Shown here piece by piece: positions 1-9,405 of a stretch of 64,000 nucleotides of DNA. The translations under genes and the position numbers were made by a program. The stretch lies in NCBI GenBank assembly GCA_043811915.1, contig JBDRMS010000005.1, forward strand, positions 41,300 to 105,299. The letters are read 5' to 3'. The notes below the pieces were generated by a model. That model searched no databases and was not told the DNA's origin. It saw only the letters and a program-made list of their open reading frames with translations. Origin of the DNA: a bacterium (GTDB lineage Bacteria > Patescibacteriota > Andersenbacteria > UBA10190). Numbering within the stretch: the first letter of the stretch is position 1; each line of letters starts with the position of its first letter.

Positions 1-79
1 TTTACCTGCTAGCTTTATATACCTTGGGAGAAATTAAGCCCGCCGACCGTGCTCGTTTAGCCCGTCTCCGCCCTAAACT

Positions 80-643
80 ATGAAAATCGAAGTATTAATA
101 ATTATTGGCATTGTTGCAGTTCTGATAATAATTTTTATACCGCAGGTAAGCACCGGAGAGCGTGATGTTGCCGTCATAGAAAACATTCACGGCATACCCT
201 TTGCCCGCCGGAACAACAGTCAAATAATCACCGAAAAATTAGCTCATGCGGATATATACCTGAAAAATTCACCACTGGCCAAAAAAATTACTCTTACGAT
301 TACTCTCACTCCCCACAACACCAACTTAATCCGAGTCGGCATCCGTGAAAATGCGTTTTGGTTAAGCTATGCTAAGCATGAACTTTATCACTCGGCCGGG
401 GAGGAAACTACAATAACCCGCACCGTCACCATTCCCTTAACCGATAAAATCATTGATAGCAACGGTTCCGTTGATCTTATGTTTTTTACTTCCACCGACT
501 GGACCACAGAATACGAAGGCACATCAGATACCACGTACTGGGAATTAAATAGCATTGACGCCGAAGTGAGCCTTGCTCGCCCCACCAGAGTTGAACTTAA
601 AAACTATCTAAGAAGTAAATTAACCAATGAAAAGCCTGCCTAG
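80..643 (+). CDS. hypothetical protein with N-terminal signal-anchor/TM helix
   Basis: Complete ORF with a hydrophobic N-terminus (IIIGIVAVLIIIFIP). No family motif recognised. Confidence 0.4.
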   Translation: MKIEVLIIIGIVAVLIIIFIPQVSTGERDVAVIENIHGIPFARRNNSQIITEKLAHADIYLKNSPLAKKITLTITLTPHNTNLIRVGIRENAFWLSYAKHELYHSAGEETTITRTVTIPLTDKIIDSNGSVDLMFFTSTDWTTEYEGTSDTTYWELNSIDAEVSLARPTRVELKNYLRSKLTNEKPA

Positions 644-1985
644 AAAAACCCGCTTCTTAATTATTATTGTCCTTGTTGTTGTCGGCTCCTTTTTAATGTC
701 CGTAAAATCAGACCGCTTGTTTATTACCCTGACCACTACTCCAGGTGCAGACAACGGCATTGTGCTAAACAGTGAAAGCACTTACCAACAAACATTTATT
801 GCTACCCGATCCAGTATTACCCGTTTGGGACTATACTTCGTACCGTTGGTGGAAGATATTCCCCATGACAATATTACTTTACGTATTAGCAAAGGTGATC
901 AGCAGCTGGTTGAGCACACCATATCAACTGCTGTTATTGATGGAGAGAACTTCACCCAGGTTCGTTTTTCCAGTCCCCTGGCCGTCACTCATGGCGACCA
1001 GGTTACCGTTGATATCTCCGTTCCTCCTTCATTGAGCAAATCCTTGCGCCTGCAACAGCGCCAACCAGATGAAACATTTTCTACAGATAACGTTGAGTTA
1101 AAAGTGGACGGCCAGGTCCAGGTAGCCCCCGCCGCTTACCAGGTTTATTACCAGTGGCGTCCCTATCTAGCCTTACAGCTAGGCGGGTTGCTTCTTATTT
1201 TAGCCGCCCTTTTGCTTATTCGCAGTAACTCGGCCACATTACCTCTATATGTTCTGGGGTCATCTGTCCTGTTTATTGCTCCAGCTTTAGTTCGCGGCAA
1301 CGTGCCCCTGATAACATTTATCTACGCTGTCCTGGCTCTGGCCAGCATGACCATGCTATTGCGTGAGCGCAAAGTATCGCTTTTATCCGCTCTCCTGGGC
1401 GGGCATGTCTTTGCTTTCACTACCTGGCTGCCCCTACACGCCATGGCTGGCCGAGAATATTACGCTCTATTCGCTTTGTTTCCTTTGTTACTTTCCATCC
1501 GCCGGCGTAAATTATTCCCCGCCATTCTTCTAGCCGCCATCATTATATTATTTCTTGGTTCCTGGCATTCAGTCCTCTCTATGCCCAGCGGGCACGCTAA
1601 TTTTCGCGACATCTTTCTCGACCCAAACCAGATACCAGACAGCCAAAAAGTCCCCGGTTATACCTGGGATCATTTCGGCAGCTATGTTGGCATTCCTGCC
1701 TTAATCCTGGCTCTGATCGGCCTTGCCTGGCAAGGTAAGCGTTGCAAGTTAATTGTCCTGATAGGTTTATTGGGGCTGTTTGCTCCACCGCATTTCATCA
1801 TTCTAACCACTTTCGCTCTAGCCTATTTTGCCGCCTTTGGTTTACACGGCTTAAGGCTTTATTTGCAACCAGCTCACCACGCCAAAGACAAGATTGTTGC
1901 CACGGTAATTTTTCTCATTTTCCTGATCACCCTTCTCGATTTATGGCAGGTCGCCGCCTTTACCATCGAACATAAATTACTGTGA
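627..1985 (+). CDS. hypothetical polytopic membrane protein (N-terminal extracytoplasmic beta-rich domain plus at least 6 TM helices)
   Basis: 452-aa ORF. Its start overlaps the upstream ORF end and its end overlaps the murJ-like start (ATGA-type coupling). The C-terminal two thirds are strongly hydrophobic. Confidence 0.5.
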   Translation: MKSLPRKTRFLIIIVLVVVGSFLMSVKSDRLFITLTTTPGADNGIVLNSESTYQQTFIATRSSITRLGLYFVPLVEDIPHDNITLRISKGDQQLVEHTISTAVIDGENFTQVRFSSPLAVTHGDQVTVDISVPPSLSKSLRLQQRQPDETFSTDNVELKVDGQVQVAPAAYQVYYQWRPYLALQLGGLLLILAALLLIRSNSATLPLYVLGSSVLFIAPALVRGNVPLITFIYAVLALASMTMLLRERKVSLLSALLGGHVFAFTTWLPLHAMAGREYYALFALFPLLLSIRRRKLFPAILLAAIIILFLGSWHSVLSMPSGHANFRDIFLDPNQIPDSQKVPGYTWDHFGSYVGIPALILALIGLAWQGKRCKLIVLIGLLGLFAPPHFIILTTFALAYFAAFGLHGLRLYLQPAHHAKDKIVATVIFLIFLITLLDLWQVAAFTIEHKLL

Positions 1986-3538
1986 AGTCAGAATTTCAGC
2001 AGACAGCCGCATCGGCCAGCCTGATTGGTATCACCGCCTTCGGCGGCGCGCTTATTGGCTTTATCCTCCAGCTTCTCGTCGCCTATTATTTTGGCGCCTC
2101 CGCACAAACCGATGCCTACTTTATGGCCCTCTCCTCATCGGAACTCCTTTCCAAACTCCTCTTAGGTGGCTCAATTACAGCAGTTTTTCTGCCTATGTTT
2201 GTTCAACGTCTAACCCGGGGACAAAAACAGCAAGCCTGGCACTTAGCCCTCAACCTATTTCACTTAACCGCCGCCGCTTTTATTATCCTCATTTTTCTGC
2301 TGGGTATTTTTGCTGAACCATTTATCCACTTCATCGCTCCCGGATTTGATGCTACAACGTCCGCTCTGACTATTAAGCTTCTGCGCGTACTTCTGCCTGC
2401 CTTCCTTTTTCTATACCTGGTTGAGCTGACCACCGCCATGCTTCATGCCCTAAAGCAATTTGCCATTCCTGCCCTATTGCGCCTTATCGCTCCTGCTACA
2501 TCAATTATTGTTATCCTCCTATTGGTAAAAACCATTGGCATTTTTGCTCTGGCTCTTGGCACCGTTATCAGCTCCGTCCTTCAATTAAGTTTCCTGTTGT
2601 GGGGACTGCGCCGCCAGGGACTTTCCTATCGCCTCGTCTTTAAGCCACTAGATCCAGCCATCAAACGCCTGCTTATTCTCGTTTATCCGTTCATAATGTC
2701 CGTGCTGGTGACGGGAGGCGCTGGCATCGTTTATCGTGTCCTGGTGTCCGAGCTCACCCCGGGCAGTCTGGCCGCTCTTAAATTCGCCGAGAAAATTACC
2801 CAGCTCCTGACTATAATTTTTCTCACCTCCGTTACTATGGTTATCTACCCCACCCTGTCTGCCAAAGCCGCCCGCCGCGACTTTGTCGGCGTCCGCCGCA
2901 CTATAGCGGGCGCTATCAGGTTAATTACTTTCACCACCATTCCCATTATTGTTGGCGTAATCATCCTTCGCCAGCCGCTAATTTCCTTTCTGTATCAGCG
3001 TGGCTCATTCAGCGCCGAGGACGCCGCTATGACCAGCCTCGCCCTGCTCTTCTTAAGCTTAGGGCTACCCGTGAACGGCGTGGGCTCCGTGCTCGGCCAC
3101 GCCACCCTGGCCTTACAGGAAACTCGCGCTTCTGTAGCCGTAAGCATCGCCTCCCAAGCCGTTGCTATAGCGCTGTTTGTTTTGTTAGTTCCTCCCCTGG
3201 CCCACGCCGGGCTGGCGCTCGCCTCCTCCCTGGTTCCCTTAAGCATCGCCTTACTATACTTCCTGTATCTCACCCGCTTTATCCCTAACCTGAAAATAAT
3301 TTTCTGGCACAGCACCTACCTGAAAATTGCCGCCCTGGCCCTGGCTCTGGCCGCCGTCGTTACTATCGCTTTACCCCCAAGCCGCAACCTAACCAGTATT
3401 CACCAGCTCTCCTTATTCCTGCAGTTGTTGGTTCCAACTCTGGCCGGCGCCGCCGTCTACTTCACCGGTGCCTACTTATGGAAAATACCCGAAATGCATG
3501 AACTCACCGGCATCCTCCGCCGCAAAATAAACCTGTAA
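1982..3538 (+). CDS. murJ: MurJ/MviN-family lipid II (or polysaccharide) flippase
   Basis: 518 aa with about 14 predicted TM helices. The N-terminal motif GASAQTDAYFMALSSSELLSKLLLGGSITAVFLPMF matches the MurJ pattern (G-x-x-x-x-TDAFF-VA-x-x-PNLLRR-x-F-x-EGA-x-S-x-AFVP). Confidence 0.75.
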   Translation: MKSEFQQTAASASLIGITAFGGALIGFILQLLVAYYFGASAQTDAYFMALSSSELLSKLLLGGSITAVFLPMFVQRLTRGQKQQAWHLALNLFHLTAAAFIILIFLLGIFAEPFIHFIAPGFDATTSALTIKLLRVLLPAFLFLYLVELTTAMLHALKQFAIPALLRLIAPATSIIVILLLVKTIGIFALALGTVISSVLQLSFLLWGLRRQGLSYRLVFKPLDPAIKRLLILVYPFIMSVLVTGGAGIVYRVLVSELTPGSLAALKFAEKITQLLTIIFLTSVTMVIYPTLSAKAARRDFVGVRRTIAGAIRLITFTTIPIIVGVIILRQPLISFLYQRGSFSAEDAAMTSLALLFLSLGLPVNGVGSVLGHATLALQETRASVAVSIASQAVAIALFVLLVPPLAHAGLALASSLVPLSIALLYFLYLTRFIPNLKIIFWHSTYLKIAALALALAAVVTIALPPSRNLTSIHQLSLFLQLLVPTLAGAAVYFTGAYLWKIPEMHELTGILRRKINL

Positions 3539-3596
3539 AATACAAGCCCTAGAAGCTGTGTCGCGGCCATTCAAGCCCCCGCTGTTTAAACTATTC

Positions 3597-3797
3597 TCAC
3601 CCCTTAAATCTCTTGTCAATTTCAATAACTTTATTTTCAATTTCCTTTAGTCGCTTTTGTAGCTTACTGGCCAGCTCCAGGCCGCGTTCAAATTGCGGCA
3701 GATCTTTTTCTAAATCCAGCTCGCGTGACTCAAAATCCGCCACAATTTTTTCCAGCTCCTCATATCCCCTGGAAAAATTAAATTTATTTCCGCTCAT
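3597..3797 (-). CDS. xseB: exodeoxyribonuclease VII small subunit
   Basis: 66 aa. FEELEKIV..LE-x-xL-x-LE-x-SL-x-xFERG-x-xL-x-xC-x-xL matches the XseB signature. It overlaps the xseA stop by 4 nt. Confidence 0.85.
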   Translation of the reverse strand: MSGNKFNFSRGYEELEKIVADFESRELDLEKDLPQFERGLELASKLQKRLKEIENKVIEIDKRFKG

Positions 3798-4915
3798 AAA
3801 TTATTTCTACTTGTTTTAATTACAGATGAATTAACTAATCCCTCGCTCAACTGTGTTGTTATTGTATCCTTAATTGTTATTTTAGTTACATCCTTAAGTA
3901 TCTTCCCGTCAGCTCCGCGCGTAATACTATAGCCCCTTTTCAGTGTTTGTTGCGGCGATAGCGAGCCCAACATACGCTGCAGTTGAATTATTTTTTGTTG
4001 GGTAGTTTGTAAGCGATTCCTTAAAGTATAACTAACAATTTTAACTGCTCCCTCAATAGCTGCACCTCGCGTTTTTATCTGGTCGATTAGAGCATTAGCC
4101 AATCCCTTATGCATTCCTTCAACTTCCCGTTTAATTTCCTCGCGCGATCGCACCAGTAGCTCAGCCGCGTTGCTGGGAGTGGAAGCCCTTACATCCGCCG
4201 CCAATTCAGCCAATGTTATATCCCTCTCGTGTCCCACCCCGACAATAATGGGAGTTCGCGATGACGCCACAGCCCGCACTACAGACTCATCATTAAAGGC
4301 CTGCAAATCCTCCAAACTCCCTCCGCCGCGCACCAACACGATCGCGTCCAGATTATTAAGGCCGGCATTGGCGGTCTTGAGGGCTTCAATAATTTGGCGG
4401 GGGGCGTCTTCGCCTTGCACTTGCGTATGAATAAATGAAATCGTCAAGCCTCCCATGCGAGCCTGCAGCACTTTCAAAAAATCTGCGTAGGCCGCCGCCT
4501 CGCGAGATGTAATCAGTGCGACGTGTCGGGGAAATCGCGGCAATATCCGTTTTCGCTCGGCTGCAAACATACCCTCGGCCATTAATTTTTTTCTCAACAA
4601 TTCAAACGCGCGTTTGAGCGACCCCTCGCCGGCCGCCTGCACTGACTTTAAATTAAAACTGAACCCCCATTTTTGTGTCAGTCTTGGTCTGCCCGTCACC
4701 TGCACCATCATGCCATTTTCAATTTCCGTCTTCAGGTCCCAAACTGTCATAAAACATCGGACATTGCTTTCTTTGTCTTTCAATGTAAACCGTACCCACT
4801 TATTTCCGCTGATATTAAACTCATCTACCTCCCCCTCTACCATCACCCCGTCAAAAACAATTAAATCATCATCAACAGCGCTGACAAATTCTGTCACCGA
4901 AAGCGCCTTATTCAT
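3794..4915 (-). CDS. xseA: exodeoxyribonuclease VII large subunit
   Basis: 373 aa with an N-terminal OB-fold region and the motif 'LITS-x-x-AAA-x-xD ... DAIVL-x-RGGGS-x-EDL-x-xFN-x-E-x-x-VRAV ... IGHE-x-D-x-TL-x-E-x-xAD-x-RA-x-TPS-x-AAE' typical of XseA. Confidence 0.9.
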   Translation of the reverse strand: MNKALSVTEFVSAVDDDLIVFDGVMVEGEVDEFNISGNKWVRFTLKDKESNVRCFMTVWDLKTEIENGMMVQVTGRPRLTQKWGFSFNLKSVQAAGEGSLKRAFELLRKKLMAEGMFAAERKRILPRFPRHVALITSREAAAYADFLKVLQARMGGLTISFIHTQVQGEDAPRQIIEALKTANAGLNNLDAIVLVRGGGSLEDLQAFNDESVVRAVASSRTPIIVGVGHERDITLAELAADVRASTPSNAAELLVRSREEIKREVEGMHKGLANALIDQIKTRGAAIEGAVKIVSYTLRNRLQTTQQKIIQLQRMLGSLSPQQTLKRGYSITRGADGKILKDVTKITIKDTITTQLSEGLVNSSVIKTSRNNL

Positions 4916-4919
4916 CCCC

Positions 4920-5180
4920 CTATTCCTCCCGGTATGAAGAAAGCCAGTCCATCAGCTTTTTTCTATGCTTATTGATAGTCCATTCACAACCCTCTTTGAA
5001 TAGCGAGGGGTACAAAGTTTGAAATTTTTCTAATGTCTTAAGCGTGGCGCGGGGAAAAGCGTCAGGAATATTTTTGTTGTAATACTCAACAAAAACTTTA
5101 GTAGGTGTCCCTACCAAATTAACATCCACCTCATTAGCTTCTTTTTTGTTCACCAACACACTATACCACACAGGAGACAC
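4920..5180 (-). CDS. hypothetical protein, first gene of the xseA-xseB transcription unit
   Basis: 86-aa ORF ending 4 nt before the xseA start. No recognised motif. Confidence 0.3.
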   Translation of the reverse strand: MSPVWYSVLVNKKEANEVDVNLVGTPTKVFVEYYNKNIPDAFPRATLKTLEKFQTLYPSLFKEGCEWTINKHRKKLMDWLSSYREE

Positions 5181-5210
5181 AAATTCAAGGCCCCGTAGAT
5201 AATAAAAAAT

Positions 5211-5245
5211 CCAGCAGTAGCGTTCAATCTGCTGGAGGAAAAGAC
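5211..5245 (-). terminator. putative intrinsic terminator on the minus strand
   Basis: Perfect 7-bp stem CCAGCAG/CTGCTGG (5221-5227 and 5239-5245) with an 11-nt loop. On the minus strand it is followed immediately by ATTTTTTATT. Confidence 0.35.
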
Positions 5246-5456
5246 ACGCGGCAGTAAATCAAGAAGCGGCTTAGGCGCATCGACAGCCAGCCTGGCAGAA
5301 ATTGAAGCCCAGCTAAAAACAGCCAATCGTTGGGCTGTGCTAAGAAGCCTCAAAGAAGTTCTTTTCCTGGGGCTAATTATTCTCCTGCTGCCTTTGGCCT
5401 ACGCGGGCTGGAAGGCGAATAAAGAAAAAGCCCGGGGGCGGCTTTAAAACAAAAAC

Positions 5457-5720
5457 TTAATGCATCATTTTTAAAAAGTCTGTGCACCCGGGGCACTTCT
5501 CCGTCAACTTCATCTCCGAGGTTGTCTCCCCACCAGGGTTACTGTAAAACACAGCACCACAGTAATAACACTCATGTTCTACTAAACCCCTCGTCCTAAT
5601 CCCTGGTTGTCTCTCAGCGGCTCTTTGCTCCTGCTCCTTCGTGTCTTTTCTTTCACGCAAAAGACAGAAAACAATGCCAACTATGAGCAACAACATCCCG
5701 CTTCCTGCTATCCATTCCAT
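5457..5720 (-). CDS. small membrane-anchored protein with a CxxC...CxxC zinc-ribbon-like C-terminus
   Basis: 87 aa with an N-terminal TM helix, followed by ECYYCG...(17)...CPGC. Confidence 0.35.
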   Translation of the reverse strand: MEWIAGSGMLLLIVGIVFCLLRERKDTKEQEQRAAERQPGIRTRGLVEHECYYCGAVFYSNPGGETTSEMKLTEKCPGCTDFLKMMH

Positions 5721-5881
5721 TATGCCATCTCCTCGAAAACATCTGTCTGTCAGTGTACAAATCCATCCCCACTATTCTCCTTTACTCCCCCCTTGTCAAC
5801 AACGCAGCCAGGCGTCCGGGCCTGTTTGCCCCACGAAGCTTTAGCGAAGTGGGGACCTCATTAACCCCATTAATCTATTTA

Positions 5882-6169
5882 TTAAGTATAAGTAAGATAG
5901 TTATTCGATAATCTGATAACCTCATCCGAAGCATATAGTGGCGCATGTGTATACAACTCTTCCATAAATCTGTTTTGCTTATCTCTATCTTCCCACCCAT
6001 CAAAAAAACCAATTAAATTCTCAAGAAAGATTTTATATTGAGTTTCCTTTCTTTCTGCTATTCTCCGTTGAGTTTCCCTCTTAACCTCAAATAAATGATT
6101 GATGTAAGCTCCAATAATGCCACCCAGCCCAAATAAAGACAAAATTGATAAAATGATTTCAGTGCTCAT
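5882..6169 (-). CDS. hypothetical small membrane protein
   Basis: 95 aa with an N-terminal TM helix (IILSILSLFGLGGIIGAYI). Confidence 0.3.
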   Translation of the reverse strand: MSTEIILSILSLFGLGGIIGAYINHLFEVKRETQRRIAERKETQYKIFLENLIGFFDGWEDRDKQNRFMEELYTHAPLYASDEVIRLSNNYLTYT

Positions 6170-6176
6170 AAATTTA

Positions 6177-6365
6177 CTATGGCCTATATTGCTTCAGGGT
6201 AGTTTGCCTTATCCTCTCTTTAACTTCCTCCGGCCATTTTAACCCCTTGTTCCAAGCCGGCTTGCCTTTTCTGGCCCTTGAAATATTCTCTTTATGCTTT
6301 TTTGTCAGCTTTTTATTTTTATTCCAGGGAATGCGCGCTTTGAATTTGAAGTTTTGATCAGTCAT
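6177..6365 (-). CDS. stand-alone NUMOD3-motif DNA-binding protein (homing-endonuclease-type DNA-binding module)
   Basis: 62 aa with two NUMOD3-like repeats: KKHKENISRARKGK and LKWPEEVKERIRQT (pattern H-x-E-x-x-IS-x-A-x-KGK). No nuclease domain is encoded. Confidence 0.5.
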   Translation of the reverse strand: MTDQNFKFKARIPWNKNKKLTKKHKENISRARKGKPAWNKGLKWPEEVKERIRQTTLKQYRP

Positions 6366-6431
6366 ATATTTAAGTTAAGTATTAGGTATTGATGTAGCAC
6401 TACATCCTATACTACTACATAAAAAATCCTG

Positions 6432-6920
6432 TCAAGATTTGTTTTTGTAATTATCCTTCACCTCCACCGCGTCCAGCCCAAGCTCGCAAAAAATCTCCTC
6501 GTATTTTTTTCGAGCCTCATCAATTTTTGTCACTCGCTCCATGCCATCCATTTTTTGTACCGATTTCTCTCCGTATTCTCGCACCACATCCCGCCAGGCG
6601 AGACGATGAATCAGCTCATCCCAGAAAGTCTCGTCGTCGTACTCTTGCCGCAAGCTCTCCACGTCCGTTAATCCTTCAAACTGGCGTGTGGGAAAGAAAC
6701 GACCCTCATTCATAAGCTCATCATCAACATACTTCGAAAATCCAAATTTCTTGGCGTGCGAGAAAATATAATCTTCAATTTCTTCATATTCCTTCTTCCT
6801 GCCTTCTACCCTATAGGCATTCGCCATCCAGTTACCCAGATAGACAGCTTTCAACAACGCCAAGAACTGCTCCTTGGTAAGTTCAATAGTTCTCTTTTTG
6901 TTCTTGACAATGTTTGACAT
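6432..6920 (-). CDS. hypothetical protein, acidic (E/D-rich) and cytoplasmic
   Basis: 162-aa ORF with no recognisable motif. It lies in the hsdM-proximal islet. Confidence 0.4.
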   Translation of the reverse strand: MSNIVKNKKRTIELTKEQFLALLKAVYLGNWMANAYRVEGRKKEYEEIEDYIFSHAKKFGFSKYVDDELMNEGRFFPTRQFEGLTDVESLRQEYDDETFWDELIHRLAWRDVVREYGEKSVQKMDGMERVTKIDEARKKYEEIFCELGLDAVEVKDNYKNKS

Positions 6921-6994
6921 ACACGTACAATGTAAATAGCCCTCGGGTGCCTCACCGCCGTATCCATTCGGCGCGCATAAGCACCCGGGCTTTT

Positions 6995-7441
6995 TTATGG
7001 CAAAGATAATCGCTTAATTTCTCCATAGGTTAAAACACGATTAGCCTTTCTTTTACCCCTCAAAACCTGAAAACATACATTGTGAGCCGATGAGCTCTTG
7101 CCGATTTCACTAATCTCAAAAGGGGGCACCACCCCATCACCGCGACTCCACATTTCTAAAAACATACTAACAAAAGCACGTTCTTTGCCCGCGTACTCCC
7201 TGTCAAGTCTAATACTCAACTTATCACCCACGCCCGCGTACCTAAGTAACAAAACCACACCTGCCATAAAAACGCGGTATCGGAAAAGCTTAGGTCTGCC
7301 AATCAGGCGAAAATCTTCCTGTAATTTTCTCTTCACCCTGCTCGGCAAAACTACAACATACTGAATATCATTGGACAATCCTATAATTGTGTCTCTGCTC
7401 ATTTGTTCAATTTTTATCGATTGGTCTACTTCAACTCTCAT
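6995..7441 (-). CDS. hypothetical protein translationally coupled to hsdM
   Basis: 148 aa. Its start overlaps the hsdM stop by 4 nt. It has no HsdS-like conserved segments that I can recognise. Confidence 0.4.
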   Translation of the reverse strand: MRVEVDQSIKIEQMSRDTIIGLSNDIQYVVVLPSRVKRKLQEDFRLIGRPKLFRYRVFMAGVVLLLRYAGVGDKLSIRLDREYAGKERAFVSMFLEMWSRGDGVVPPFEISEIGKSSSAHNVCFQVLRGKRKANRVLTYGEIKRLSLP

Positions 7442-8985
7442 AACAACATATCCAAATCATCAACAATTCTTTTCTCTAACTTCCTTCCCTCTTTGAATAA
7501 ATCTCCCAACTCTCCCTTAAATCGCTTCATCTTTTTCTCAAACGGCTCGCCATCGTCATCGTCTTTATCTTCCGTACCAACGTAGCGGCCAGGGTTAAGC
7601 GAATAGCCGGCTTCGCGAACCTCATCAAGTGTTGCCATCTTACACAACCCTTTCACGTCTTCATATTTTTTTGCTCCTTTCTCGACTCGATAGCTGCGCA
7701 CAATGCCGGCAATCTGCTCTATCTGCTCATCCGTCCAATCCCTATGCGCCCGATCAACTTGCCGATAAATATTCCGCGCGTCGATAAACAAAATTTTATC
7801 TTTGCGATCTGCCTTCTTCCCCTTATCCAAAAACCACAACGTAACCGACAACGGCACATTGTAAAACATGTTCGGACCAACAGCCACCATAACATCAATT
7901 ACACCGTCTTCGATAATCTTCTTGCGAATTTCTTTCTCACTATGCCCAGCGTCGCTAGTAGCATTAGACATCACGAACCCGGCCCGGCCCTTGTCTTTCA
8001 AAGAAGCTAGAAAATGCTGAATCCAAATATAGTTGCCGTTATCTGCCCGCGGCACCCCGTACGCAAACCGCGGATCATCCTTAATCCGCCCCATGTCAAT
8101 TCCTTTCACATTGAACGGGGGATTAGCCATGGTGAAATCAAACTTGCCCAGGCTGCGATGCAAATCCTCATAATACGTATTGCCCTGCTTTATATCACCC
8201 GACAGCCCATGAATTGCCAGGTTCATCTTGGCAATGCGAATAGTCTGCTCCGTCTTCTCCTGCCCATACAGTGATATCTCCCGAGACGCTTTTGTTTTTT
8301 TACCATTTTCCAGATGTCGTTTAACAAACTCGTGCGACTGCACAAACATACCGCCCGACCCACAAGCCGGGTCATAAATCTTGCCGTGATATGGCTCAAT
8401 AACCTCAACAATCAGCTTAACAATCGAAGTAGGCGTAAAAAACTCCCCGCCTCGTGACCCATCAGCCAACGCAAACTTACCCAGGAAATATTCATAAATC
8501 CTACCGAACGCGTCACCCTCAATGCCATCGGGAATCTGATTAAAGTTTTTTAGCAACGTAATTAACGTATTGTTATCCAGCTGGTTATAATTATTCGGCA
8601 ACACCCCGGCCAATTCCTTGTTTTCCTCCTCAATCATCTTCATAGCCTCATTCACTGCCTTGCCAACATCAGTTCCTTCAGGAAGAGATATTAAATGTGA
8701 AAAATGTGCTTCATCAGGAATATACAAAACTCCTCGCGCTTGATAATTAGTCGCCGTCACCGGCCGCTGCCGCCGCGTCTTGCGCTTTTCTCTCTCTTTT
8801 TCTATCTCTTCCCTCGCTGTCACAAACCGTACATCGGCGAATTTCAAGAAAATCAAACCTAAAACCGGCTCGGCAAACTCATTCAGCCGCAGCGGCGACT
8901 CCGCCCTCATCTTTCCCGCCGCTTCCCACAATCGACTCTCCAGTGATTTTTGCTGCTTTTCTTTTTTTGTTTTTGCTTTAGCCAT
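7438..8985 (-). CDS. hsdM: type I restriction-modification system N6-adenine DNA methyltransferase subunit
   Basis: 515 aa. Features are an HsdM_N-like start (LWEAAGKMR), the AdoMet motif DPACGSGGMF, and the catalytic NPPF (FTMANPPFN). No hsdR or hsdS is present in the window. Confidence 0.85.
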   Translation of the reverse strand: MAKAKTKKEKQQKSLESRLWEAAGKMRAESPLRLNEFAEPVLGLIFLKFADVRFVTAREEIEKEREKRKTRRQRPVTATNYQARGVLYIPDEAHFSHLISLPEGTDVGKAVNEAMKMIEEENKELAGVLPNNYNQLDNNTLITLLKNFNQIPDGIEGDAFGRIYEYFLGKFALADGSRGGEFFTPTSIVKLIVEVIEPYHGKIYDPACGSGGMFVQSHEFVKRHLENGKKTKASREISLYGQEKTEQTIRIAKMNLAIHGLSGDIKQGNTYYEDLHRSLGKFDFTMANPPFNVKGIDMGRIKDDPRFAYGVPRADNGNYIWIQHFLASLKDKGRAGFVMSNATSDAGHSEKEIRKKIIEDGVIDVMVAVGPNMFYNVPLSVTLWFLDKGKKADRKDKILFIDARNIYRQVDRAHRDWTDEQIEQIAGIVRSYRVEKGAKKYEDVKGLCKMATLDEVREAGYSLNPGRYVGTEDKDDDDGEPFEKKMKRFKGELGDLFKEGRKLEKRIVDDLDMLL

Positions 8986-9001
8986 AATAACTATCTCCTA
9001 A

Positions 9002-9405
9002 GACTCAATCCTCTCCACCGCCAGCAACTGTTCCAACGAAGTCCTGACTTGCCTCAAATCATTCTCCGTCAACGCTGGATTCAACATCCACAACTGCTTC
9101 GGCCGATTAAACGACCTCCCTTCCTAGTCCACATCAATCGTACCCGCTTTTATGATCAACGGCATACCATCACGCTTAGCAAACGAACTCAAAACACCAC
9201 TAATCTCACGCCCACTCAAAGAAACAATCTCACCCAAGTCATCTGAATTAAACAAACCCTTCTTTTTTGAGCGCATCAACACCATGTGTGACAAAATTTT
9301 CATCGCCACCCGCGAATAATCCCCAAAGTATCCTATATCATATCTACTACCACCACTCATACGGTCGTAGTATATCGCGTCCGCGTAGTGGAAATCAACA
9401 CTCAC
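9002..9405 (-). pseudogene. possible disrupted gene: a 93-codon ORF followed in-frame by TAG and 41 more sense codons
   Basis: The minus-strand frame reads ...KAGTIDVD-TAG-EGRSFNRPKQLWMLNPALTENDLRQVRTSLEQLLAVERIES-TAG. The second stop ends 14 nt before the hsdM start. Confidence 0.2.

Noticed and set aside
388-585. Numerous 60-140-aa ORFs nested antisense or out-of-frame within the large genes (for example 388..585, 2995..3315, 14436..14807, 23063..23458, 48071..48646)
   Set aside because: They are embedded in confidently assigned conserved genes, show biased low-complexity composition, and have no motifs. They are typical spurious six-frame ORFs.
5150-5353. 67-aa minus-strand ORF
   Set aside because: It runs straight through a strong minus-strand terminator hairpin, has no motif, and is hydrophobic low-complexity sequence. 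It is likely non-coding.
6935-6990. Hairpin AGCCCTCGGGTGC...GCACCCGGGCTTTTTT between two minus-strand genes
   Set aside because: The T-tract follows the stem on the plus strand only, while both flanking genes are on the minus strand. The stem has a bulge and a 30-nt loop. It is not convincing as a terminator.
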